The notes below the pieces were generated by a model. That model ran no database searches, was not told where the DNA came from, and saw only the letters and a program-made list of their open reading frames with translations. This document shows, in pieces, positions 52,656 through 63,213 of a DNA stretch of 63,213 bases. The stretch spans positions 29,032,275 through 29,095,487 of the forward strand of contig NC_069001.1 of assembly GCF_001194135.2 (NCBI RefSeq). The letters run 5' to 3'. Positions within the stretch are counted from its first letter, which is position 1, and every line of letters begins with the position of its first letter. This DNA comes from Octopus bimaculoides. Lineage: Eukaryota. Both the position numbers and the translations under genes were made by a program.

Positions 52656-54094
52656 CCACTGTACATCTAAACATTTATAACAAATAATGCGTTTCTCAGT
52701 GAATAGAATTAAGAGGAAGTTCAGAACTAGTAAAATCCATTATCATGATATTATTTTCTATGTGAAAATTATAGAAATGATTATGAGAAAGCTCTAAAAA
52801 TTATAACCAGCTTTAATGATTAGTGATAATTATGGCTTCTGTTTGATTGAGTACAGTGAAAATGCAAAAAAACTGAGAAAGCAGCTATTATGTTGCTTCA
52901 GGTTTTTTCCCGTTTGCGAATATTATATTTTTTCATTTTATCGTATCTGAGAATATGTAACACAAGCAGTCTTTAATATATTCACATCTTGTAAGATTAG
53001 TATAATGTAGTGCATTAGAATTAGTATATTGACTGGTCTTCGTAGACGAGACAGATACTGTACTGAGAAGACTGAACTGGAATTCGTTCGTAATTCGAAC
53101 ATCACTTTATGATGTTTTTAATCTATTTTATGTAAAAAAGAAAAAAATATTAGGAAAAAAAAAAGAAGAGGAAACAAAAGGGGAAAAAAAAGCTGCACGT
53201 ATAATACGTAACTTAGAAGCAACGCTACGGATGTACCAGCACACACGAGATTTAAGACATAGCCGACCACGAGATTGAGACATGGCGAACCGCATGCATT
53301 TCTCATGAGGAGTTCCGGAATGTGGTTTGTGTGACCACTGCTAAGAAGCTTAAAAAAAAAGCCCTTAGAAAATCGATTATAGCAGCGACTCCATCTAAGA
53401 AAATCTGAAGAAGGAATATTATTCCGAAGTAACATATCAGGTATAGAGCCCATTGTTTGTATTATAGTGCATTGATGTACCCCTGAACATGGCATGCTTT
53501 TGCATTTTTTGTCCGATGTGTAAGATTTCCACCCAATAGTCTGAGTCGTTGAGGTAGGTACTGAAGTCAGTTTGTAAGAACTACCGGATGAATTAATCAT
53601 GAGGGGGAAGGTACCTCTCAAAAACAACACAACCCAATAATGAATGCCAGACAATCTTTAATACTAAACTTGTGACTGCATATCTCATGAGAGTTAACCC
53701 GTTTAAAACTCCAAATCCCCATCATATTCTACCTTCACCGGAAACCGACATTGTACAGGTGATAACGGAAATGTATAACAAATATCAAGTACTGGCATGT
53801 CAAAGAATTTAGTCCGCTATCGAAGCAGTGATTATCTGCCGAATGACAATTGATAGAATATTATTATAGAAACTTAATCGATATGTGCACAATCATTTAT
53901 TAAAAAGTATTTGATTATTGATAGGAGTGAATTGATTAAATTACTAAATATGACCTTAAAATACTTTTGTATCTCAACAATTTAGTATGGAGCGCTGGTG
54001 ACTAATAAAATTTAATTCTTTCTAAATGTACAGCCACTGGTTTATATATCTCAAAAAAAAAAAAAAAAAAGAAATGAAAATTCTTCAACAGCCA

Positions 54095-54314
54095 TATATA
54101 CAATGGGTTCCTTAAATTCTGAGGCTCATGTACTCCAACACAAGACAGGACGCTGGTCCTCTCTGGACTGTTTACCCTTATTCTTCGGGTTAGTTCACTA
54201 GAACAATGGAAACGAAAATGGTATGCTTAAAATCACGAGTTGGCCGGCCCGGGAATCGAAATCACAAACTTATGATCATCTGTGCGACGTCCTAACTACT
54301 AATTAAGGTGCCCA
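54095..54314 (-). mobile_element. tRNA-headed SINE (family D-like), degenerate
   Basis: Minus strand: agtagttaggacgtcgc..gatttcgattcccgggccgg (B box), body cagtccagagaggaccagcgtcctgtc. Confidence 0.55.
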
Positions 54315-54438
54315 CACACACTGATACACATATATTCACACATATTACATATCTGTAATCTGTGAGTGGTATGCATATATATTTATATAAATACATATAC
54401 ATGTTTATGTGTGTGTGCGTGCATGAGTGCACGCGCGT

Positions 54439-54485
<47 letters not shown>

Positions 54486-54578
54486 GTACATGCGCACATA
54501 TACACGGGCAGACACACCCAAACAACCACACAAACACACATGTACGTTGCCAAAATATGCGCACACATATTCATATAA

Positions 54579-54805
54579 GGCGGAGAGCTGGCAGAAACGT
54601 TAGCACGCCGGGCGAAATGCTTAGCGGTATTTCGTCTGCCGCTACGTTCTGAGTTCAAATTCTGCCGAGGTCGATTTTGCCTTTCATCCTTTCGGAGTCG
54701 ATTAAATAAGTACCAGTTACGCACTGGGGTCGATATAATCGACTTAATCCGTTTGTCTGTCTTTGTTTGTCCCCTGTGTGTAGCCCCTTGTGGGTAGTAA
54801 AGAAA
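54579..54805 (+). mobile_element. SINE family C, best-preserved copy
   Basis: ggcggagagctggcagaaacgttagcacgccgggcgaaatgcttagcgg..gagttcaaattc (B-box-like)..gcctttcatcctttcggagtcgattaaataagtaccag..gtaaagaaa. Possible slipped TSD acaca(ta)tattcata. Confidence 0.92.
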
Positions 54806-55601
54806 GAACACATATATTCATACATATCTGTATGTATATGGTTAAGTATCTTTATATTCTCCTAACCTTTTTTTTATGGATTCCGCACCGTAAATCTACC
54901 ACGATATACCAAACTTCGTAAGACTCACTCGAAAAGCAGATATTTTCATATTACAACGTACCCTCCAATCACTCATATTTTTGTCACTTCTATTCATCTC
55001 CAGTTTACAGAAATACTTTCATGTAAAGTAGTAAGAGAAATTCCATGAGAGTTCTACATTTTGCATAATATATTTGATAATCGCCATAAATACAATGAGA
55101 CATATAAATCAAATTTGTATAACTTTCACTATAACAATTTAAGAATTGTATTAAATAAATAAATATATATATAAAAGACTTTCTTGGTAATATATTTATG
55201 TGCAAAGTCGTGCTCTATCTTAGAGATTTTACTACCTTAATCAACAATATTTCTGTTAGAGAATGTATAAGATTTCAGGTAATGATTCATTTGTACAAGT
55301 GATATTTATGGCTTTGAGTATCAACGCAATGATGCACTTAACTTAACGACTTTAATTCACATTCTAGTTTAGAACTTGTAGATTAATTAACTACGATACT
55401 TTAACAATGCTATTATATCTGTACATCAATAATTATATACACATGAGCACGAGATGAATACTTATATAAGCGTAAATACAAATATATTCATCTATACACC
55501 GGTGTAATTCAATAAATATCCTTCATTCCGCGTTTTGAGAATCATAAACTCATATATAGAACCATACAAACATATCTCTCTTTCTTTCTATTTCTCTCTC
55601 T

Positions 55602-55635
<34 letters not shown>

Positions 55636-56963
55636 AAAATGATAAAAAGCCAGAATGCTGAACTGGAAGCATATTTTAATAAAGATTTTTACTAACCGGT
55701 TTTCATTGCGAAAAAGCAAATTATCAAGAAGGAGAATGAAAATGTTTTTTTACAAAGAAGTACAAAATGAAGAAAACAATATATAAAACAATAATATATA
55801 AACAAATAAATATACCCATACATTATATTGCCTTTGAGCTTTTGTAGTTCAATAGTAATTCATGTATAAATTGGTAGGAAAAATAAGGATGCATGAGAGT
55901 TTTGTTAGGTTTAAAAAAAAACCCACTATTTACTCTGTGTGTGTGTGTGCATTATTAAAAAGAAGCAAAAATATCACAAACACTGTTACTCAGTGTTTCA
56001 CGTTCCCGTTCGTCGGACAGTTTTGTTTAGAAAAAAAATTGTCCGATGAACGGGAACGTGAAACTCTGAGTACTAGTCTCTGTGATATTTTTTGCTGCTT
56101 TTCAATAAAACATATTACTCTACCTCTTGTATTCGAGTACTATCTTTGCATCCTTGATTCGCATTTATCTGCTTACTTTGGTATGTACGTGTGTGTGTGT
56201 GTGTGTGTATAAACCATGTGATTGGTGAGCAAGCTACTTTATGTATTATGTTTTAGCAACAATAGTAATAGCTGTGGCTTTAAGCTATTGTCCAACGCCC
56301 GGTGATGGATCACATAATCGGAAGCGATACATCCTGTAATAAACCGCTAGTCAGTTAAACAGAACATACGAGTTTCGGAATTTTTTTATCCAAAGCGTCT
56401 TCAATCCAACAGTTACACGGTAATATTCATACTTATATTTGCATTAACCCCAAAATATGACATGTATTTTATTTAATGAGCACCGAAATGAGGATACGCA
56501 GTTTAAAACGGCTGGATTTGAACTCCGAATGCAAAGACCAGGCAAAATTTTCTTTTTTAAATCCATCTGAAATTCTAATCGCCTTATCGTGATTGAATTA
56601 AAACTAAAAAAAATAAGATGAACGGCATTGAATTTCCACATAATTGACATGGGAATTAAAATTAAATATATGATATAAAACGAAAAATATTTTCAACAAT
56701 AGGAGAGCATAAAATATTTGGAGAACAACAATAACAGAGCATGCCAACATGATATTAGTGAAGTCCATGTTTTAAACAATAACATTGTTTAACAAAAAAA
56801 ATCTAGGTCACGGCAATACCAGGAATACATTCGTGTAACGCAATATGACCGTGTTTTTTTTGTTTTTTTTGTAGTATTATTTCCTACGGCTGTAAGTAGA
56901 GCAATATAAATATCTATTTAAAACGGTTTATATTTGATTTGAGGAAGTTGTTTCGTGTAATAC

Positions 56964-56997
<34 letters not shown>

Positions 56998-57178
56998 GTG
57001 CACGTTCATGATAAACAAACATGAAAGGAAAACACAAGCAGGTTCCTTGTTGCACATCAGCGGCATTATCCCATCCCTGAGCACGATTAAATATTTGCTA
57101 TAAAGATCATAGAGAAAAAAATACGAATTTGTGAACGTGGGCGCATATATATATATACTTATACACATATATACTTAT

Positions 57179-57216
<38 letters not shown>

Positions 57217-57475
57217 CAATATGTACAAATGCACACAGAAAACACCAAACACACATTTATACATACATGCATAAATAACATACGCAAGTCTTAATATGCA
57301 TCTGCATGTGTGTATGCATGAAGTCGGTTGGTAGGTAGGCATGTACATCATCAGGTGCATGCATATGTGAATCTCGCTCACTCTATATAAATTTATGTGT
57401 GTCCGTGTGGGCGAGTAGGACTAGATATGTGTGGTCTTATTCGTGATTTCATATGTATGTGCATGTGTGTGTTTG

Positions 57476-57521
<46 letters not shown>

Positions 57522-58776
57522 TAATATACTGCAAGTGTTGTCACGAATAAAATACGAGATTCCAATACAGTTCTTGAAATGGAAGCGTTCATATAATATA
57601 TTACGCATAGTTATCTCAATTTTCCATAAATACCGTAGTGCATATTACATTGACAAATACGTTAGGCATTAAAGCTCAGAACGAAATCTTATTAATTTCT
57701 AGTATCGCCTTTTTGAATAAAAGCTATAAAGGTAAGTCACTTTTAGTTATTAAATCTTTTAGACAGGCTTCTCATGTAATACCTAAGCGTAAATGTAACG
57801 TGCCAAAGTTGGTAGTATTATTTTACATGTTTGAGCTTAGGTGATATTAAAGATACGTAACTCGTTATAACTGTAAAAAGTGTAAATAATTTTTCTATAA
57901 GTATAATAGGGAATGAATATATTCTCCATACAAATCCATATTTCCATGTTACATTCTTATGTTATGGATCCATTGAAGCGTAAGATCATGTATATTTTGC
58001 AGCAGCTGAAATCAATTGTGAACCTGACCTCTGATATAGGATCAGTAAGATAACCTCCCTTAAGAAAGCTTACAACTTCGGAATGGAAATTTCATGCTCG
58101 TGGTAAGAGTGTATGTAGAAATCAATATATGGACCTCTTTTTCTATGATAAAATAAAATGACTTTTTCAGATTGCGAAACATGCACACAACACGCACTCA
58201 CACACATATATTCATACATACACACACATATGTATCGATAGATATACACAAGACCATATATATGTATTATTTATTTAAAGGACACACTATATATTAAAGC
58301 GCTACTAATAGTTTCATATATTGAGAAAACTCAAACATATTCTTCAGTCGCAAACCACATGTGATAAAGAAATAAAAAAAAATAAATAAAAGAAGAAATG
58401 CGAAATAACATGAGGAAGCATCATATAGAAAACGCAGATAGTAAACAACAGAAAACGAAAAATAAAAAAAAAAATAAAATAACTTTCAAAACATTAAGAA
58501 TCAACGAAGACAGCCATCATATTTCGTATTTNNNNNNNNNNNNNNNNNNNNNNNNNNNNNNNNNNNNNNNNNNNNNNNNNNNNNNNNNNNNNNNNNNNNN
58601 NNNNNNNNNNNNNNNNNNNNNNNNNNNNNNNNNNNNNNNNNNNNNNNNNNNNNNNNNNNNNNNNNNNNNNNNNNNNNNNNNNNNNNNNNNNNNNNNNNNN
58701 NNNNNNNNNNNNNNNNNNNNNNNNNNNNNNNNNNNNNNNNNNNNNNNNNNNNNNNNNNNNNNNNNNNNNNNNNNNN

Positions 58777-58916
58777 TATATGTGTATGCGTGTGTGTTTG
58801 TGTTTGTCCACCCAGCATCACTTGACAAACGATGGTGGTGTGTATAGCGGTTCGGCAAAAGTGACCGATAGAATAAGTACTAGGCTTAAAAAGAATAAGT
58901 TCTGGGGTCCATTTGC
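58777..58916 (+). mobile_element. SINE family B 3' half; its internal microsatellite falls in the gap
   Basis: tgtttgtccacccagcatcacttgac..tagcggttcggcaaaagtgaccgatagaataagtactaggctt..ctggggtc. Confidence 0.85.
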
Positions 58917-58999
58917 TACATGCGCACATATACACAGGCAAACACACACACACAAACAATCATACAACCACACACACATTTACGTTGCCAAATTATGCT

Positions 59000-59562
59000 T
59001 TGTGGGCAACCCTCATACCTAGACTCTAATAACTTTTCTTCCACAATGTATGGGGGGAAACAAAATATCCTCCCCTTGCAGGGGATGGCTGGCCACAGTG
59101 CCAGCTTATTGGGGGGGGGTAGTCAAATAGCAACCACACAGTAGCGTATTTGACTCCCCTGGAGATGAAATAATGTTTAGCTGGTAAACAATTTGCCAAT
59201 TCTTTTTCAAATATTTCCTTTTCGAAGCGGGCGATGGCATCCCGCGACCTTGAAAAGGTTCGCAGGACAACCGTCCTCTTCTGAAGGATGTCTACCCATT
59301 GTTTGTGTCGGGACAACCTCTCACTCTACAAAGGCAGATTCACTTTTTTTTTTTGTCATGTTAAAAAAAAAAAATGAAGTCCAAAAAAATGTTCAAAAGC
59401 AAAAGGAATCAGTTTAAGAAAGTTCACCAAAATATAAACGAAGCAAAACAAATAAAACCAGTTCAAAAATAGAAAGGATACAGAGAAAGAAAAGAAAATA
59501 ATAGTACACACGGCAAGAAACACAGCCAAATTACAATAATCCCGGCCTACAGGTACTCCACG
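59000..59562 (-). mobile_element. Probable non-LTR retrotransposon 5' region with degraded ORF1-like frame
   Basis: Minus frames: LSRHKQWVDILQKRTVVLRTFSRSRDAIARFEKEIFEKELANCLPAKHYFISRGVKYATVWLLFD(fs)KLALWP..F(fs)CGRKVIRV*V*GLP. Reads like an ORF1 RRM-type N-terminus; family assignment is from recall only. Confidence 0.45.
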
Positions 59563-60704
59563 NNNNNNNNNNNNNNNNNNNNNNNNNNNNNNNNNNNNNN
59601 NNNNNNNNNNNNNNNNNNNNNNNNNNNNNNNNNNNNNNNNNNNNNNNNNNNNNNNNNNNNNNNNNNNNNNNNNNNNNNNNNNNNNNNNNNNNNNNNNNNN
59701 NNNNNNNNNNNNNNNNNNNNNNNNNNNNNNNNNNNNNNNNNNNNNNNNNNNNNNNNNNNNNNNNNNNNNNNNNNNNNNNNNNNNNNNNNNNNNNNNNNNN
59801 NNNNNNNNNNNNNNNNNNNNNNNNNNNNNNNNNNNNNNNNNNNNNNNNNNNNNNNNNNNNNNNNNNNNNNNNNNNNNNNNNNNNNNNNNNNNNNNNNNNN
59901 NNNNNNNNNNNNNNNNNNNNNNNNNNNNNNNNNNNNNNNNNNNNNNNNNNNNNNNNNNNNNNNNNNNNNNNNNNNNNNNNNNNNNNNNNNNNNNNNNNNN
60001 NNNNNNNNNNNNNNNNNNNNNNNNNNNNNNNNNNNNNNNNNNNNNNNNNNNNNNNNNNNNNNNNNNNNNNNNNNNNNNNNNNNNNNNNNNNNNNNNNNNN
60101 NNNNNNNNNNNNNNNNNNNNNNNNNNNNNNNNNNNNNNNNNNNNNNNNNNNNNNNNNNNNNNNNNNNNNNNNNNNNNNTTTTTTTTGTTTATTTATTTTA
60201 AATTCTTCAATTAGATCACTTCACAAGCCAAGAAACGATAACTTAACTTTTAACCAATGACTAATTCCTAATTTTTACTCATTAATCAATGTTTATGAGA
60301 TATATTTTATCATATATTTAAAGTACTAAATTACACATCAAATATCCATTATTATCAAGTGAGTATATCGTGAGGCTATTTCGGTAAAACATATCATAAC
60401 TTGAAAGACCTTTAATTACACAAAAAAAAACAAAAAAAAAAAATACTGCAACAAATCTTTATCATTAGAAGTGAAACTGGGATAAGTAATAATGCATTTT
60501 GAAATAATAATGTAATAATTCGTTTTAGAATACGTATTATTATCCATTGAAATGATACAATCATATTTGTATACAATTGAGTGGATTAAGCCCAGAATAT
60601 CGGGATGAGTGCTTTTCGATTTTACAATGATGGTTCCATACATCTAGAGTTGGATAGAATATTTTAAACACACTCTTTCTTCAACCTATCTCTCTTCACG
60701 CATA

Positions 60705-60748
<44 letters not shown>

Positions 60749-62387
60749 NNNNNNNNNNNNNNNNNNNNNNNNNNNNNNNNNNNNNNNNNNNNNNNNNNNN
60801 NNNNNNNNNNNNNNNNNNNNNNNNNNNNNNNNNNNNNNNNNNNNNNNNNNNNNNNNNNNNNNNNNNNNNNNNNNNNNNNNNNNNNNNNNNNNNNNNNNNN
60901 NNNNNNNNNNNNNNNNNNNNNNNNNNNNNNNNNNNNNNNNNNNNNNNNNNNNNNNNNNNNNNNNNNNNNNNNNNNNNNNNNNNNNNNNNNNNNNNNNNNN
61001 NNNNNNNNNNNNNNNNNNNNNNNNNNNNNNNNNNNNNNNNNNNNNNNNNNNNNNNNNNNNNNNNNNNNNNNNNNNNNNNNNNNNNNNNNNNNNNNNNNNN
61101 NNNNNNNNNNNNNNNNNNNNNNNNNNNNNNNNNNNNNNNNNNNNNNNNNNNNNNNNNNNNNNNNNNNNNNNNNNNNNNNNNNNNNNNNNNNNNNNNNNNN
61201 NNNNNNNNNNNNNNNNNNNNNNNNNNNNNNNNNNNNNNNNNNNNNNNNNNNNNNNNNNNNNNNNNNNNNNNNNNNNNNNNNNNNNNNNNNNNNNNNNNNN
61301 NNNNNNNNNNNNNNNNNNNNNNNNNNNNNNNNNNNNNNNNNNNNNNNNNNNNNNNNNNNNNNNNNNNNNNNNNNNNNNNNNNNNNNNNNNNNNNNNNNNN
61401 NNNNNNNNNNNNNNNNNNNNNNNNNNNNNNNNNNNNNNNNNNNNNNNNNNNNNNNNNNNNNNNNNNNNNNNNNNNNNNNNNNNNNNNNNNNNNNNNNNNN
61501 NNNNNNNNNNNNNNNNNNNNNNNNNNNNNNNNNNNNNNNNNNNNNNNNNNNNNNNNNNNNNNNNNNNNNNNNNNNNNNNNNNNNNNNNNNNNNNNNNNNN
61601 NNNNNNNNNNNNNNNNNNNNNNNNNNNNNNNNNNNNNNNNNNNNNNNNNNNNNNNNNNNNNNNNNNNNNNNNNNNNNNNNNNNNNNNNNNNNNNNNNNNN
61701 NNNNNNNNNNNNNNNNNNNNNNNNNNNNNNNNNNNCAGGGTAGCAAAATATTTTGAAATTCCATTTGCTACCAGCGGTCTAGCGAGAAGAAAAAAGAAGA
61801 ATCAATAGACTATATATTATTCATATAAATATATACAGTGTACATTTAAACCCATAAGAGAGATGTTCATAATAGGATATCTAACCTGCTAGAAGGAGCA
61901 GTCAAACTCCAAACCACAATTAGGGATAATTTCGAAAGTGAATGAAAAATAAAAAAAACATTTACCATCTATTTCCTGAACCAAGGTTTCCAGCTATTTT
62001 CAAGCCAAGGTTTCAAGCTAAGGTTAACACAAACTGAGGAGAAGAAATTCATCAAAGGGGGGTGTGTTAAACATCTAATCCAATGGTACTTCAGTGGGAT
62101 GCCATATAAATATTGGTATAATTCAATCGTAAAGATAAATTGAATATAGAGTTATTATATTGACATTCAATAATATATTCATATTACAATATTACATTAA
62201 ATACTATGAATATAATTTATAAAATTACATAGTATTATATAAACAATTAATTATAAAAACCGTAAACGTTCAAGAAAAAGTTTTTATAATTATCTATATA
62301 ATATTATGTTATGTTAATATTCATAGTATTTAATGTAATACTGTAATATGAATACATTCTTGAGTGTCAATAGCATATCACTATATT

Positions 62388-62435
<48 letters not shown>

Positions 62436-63213
62436 ATATATGCTTGCAATAACTGAGGAACTATAGAAATATTTTAGAAAATGAGAGTGCTGCGTGTTTA
62501 GTCCTGTACTACCAGTGACACAGCGTCCTGTATCTTCTCTCGAGGCATCGTGTTTTGTCAATATATGTATGTATTCACGTGTGTATCTATAGATGTACAT
62601 AAATATACGTATGTGGGTTTTTCTGAGAATATATATATATATATATATAAATGCATGTATTTCTGTGCTTTATGTGTGCATGAATCATTTCGTGTGTGCT
62701 TGTGTGATGCATGCCCCTGTATTTACCTCGTTTAAACGAATGCAGTCCTACATTTCCATTCTAATACCTACCTACTCACTTGCAAATACACAATAATATT
62801 TACTTACAAATATATGATGTGTGAGTGTACGCGTTTCCTTATATGTGTTTGCATTGGTTTCTGCCAATAACATCCTTATGTAGGTCAGTGCATTCGTAAC
62901 AAGATCTAAAGTTAAATGCGTTGCCAATATTTTGCGAAATATGCAACAGTTACTTTTATTCCAAAACGAAACCTATCAAAAGAAAAGAATTTGGCAAGAA
63001 TAACATCATGGACGCTGAAAGGAGAGTTGGATAGAAGAGCATAAAATTTCGCTTTTGCATTTTCAGTTGTTAGAAAAGTACATATACATAAACTGATTTT
63101 TTTCATACAAGTCTGCACACATGCAATCTGTATGTAACATTGCATTTCTCTTTGTTTCTATTTATCGTCCATTTTCTGAACGTCCCTCTCTCTGTTCTGC
63201 TCTGTATCTCTCT

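Larger units (their letters stand above)
1182..61735. other. Twelve assembly gaps: 1182-1272, 10142-10564, 21689-22331, 25807-25816, 33609-34237, 41869-42137, 43250-43268, 46939-47169, 48948-49870, 58532-58776, 59563-60178, 60749-61735
   Basis: Runs of N, most with (TA)n on one or both flanks. Confidence 0.98.

Noticed and set aside
1035-61808. Long ORFs containing X runs or YI/CV/TH/RE/LS dipeptide repeats
   Set aside because: They translate N-gaps and (TA)n, (TG)n, (CA)n or (GA)n microsatellites; there is no coding evidence.
1-63213. CRISPR arrays, rRNA, operons or other prokaryotic systems
   Set aside because: No repeat-spacer arrays, rRNA similarity or gene-dense segments; the sequence is eukaryotic intronic or intergenic DNA.

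Overview
AT-rich, microsatellite-saturated animal genomic DNA with 12 N-gaps, most of them flanked by (TA)n. The repeat families point to a coleoid cephalopod, most likely Octopus (inference from the SINE types and microsatellite density). I recognise no intact named gene. Most supplied ORFs are artefacts of gaps or (TA)n/(CA)n/(GA)n tracts. What the sequence supports is layered mobile DNA. It holds about 25 copies or fragments of at least five tRNA-derived SINE-like families (labelled A-E here), two of them with clear target-site duplications. It also holds a Helitron deletion derivative with both termini and helicase remnants, plus further Helitron 5' ends and an N-terminal remnant. Other relics are a degraded maT/DD37D-like Tc1-mariner, a Penelope-like GIY-YIG endonuclease remnant, and a probable LINE ORF1 remnant. 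The most interesting signal is a set of hammerhead-ribozyme motifs. One has an intact core and sits in a module (24890-25170) with a tRNA-like Pol III head directly behind the Penelope remnant. Weaker signals are a chain of small splice-bounded, phase-compatible candidate exons (27.5-39.8 kb, +) and a pre-miRNA-sized hairpin at 18666-18726.
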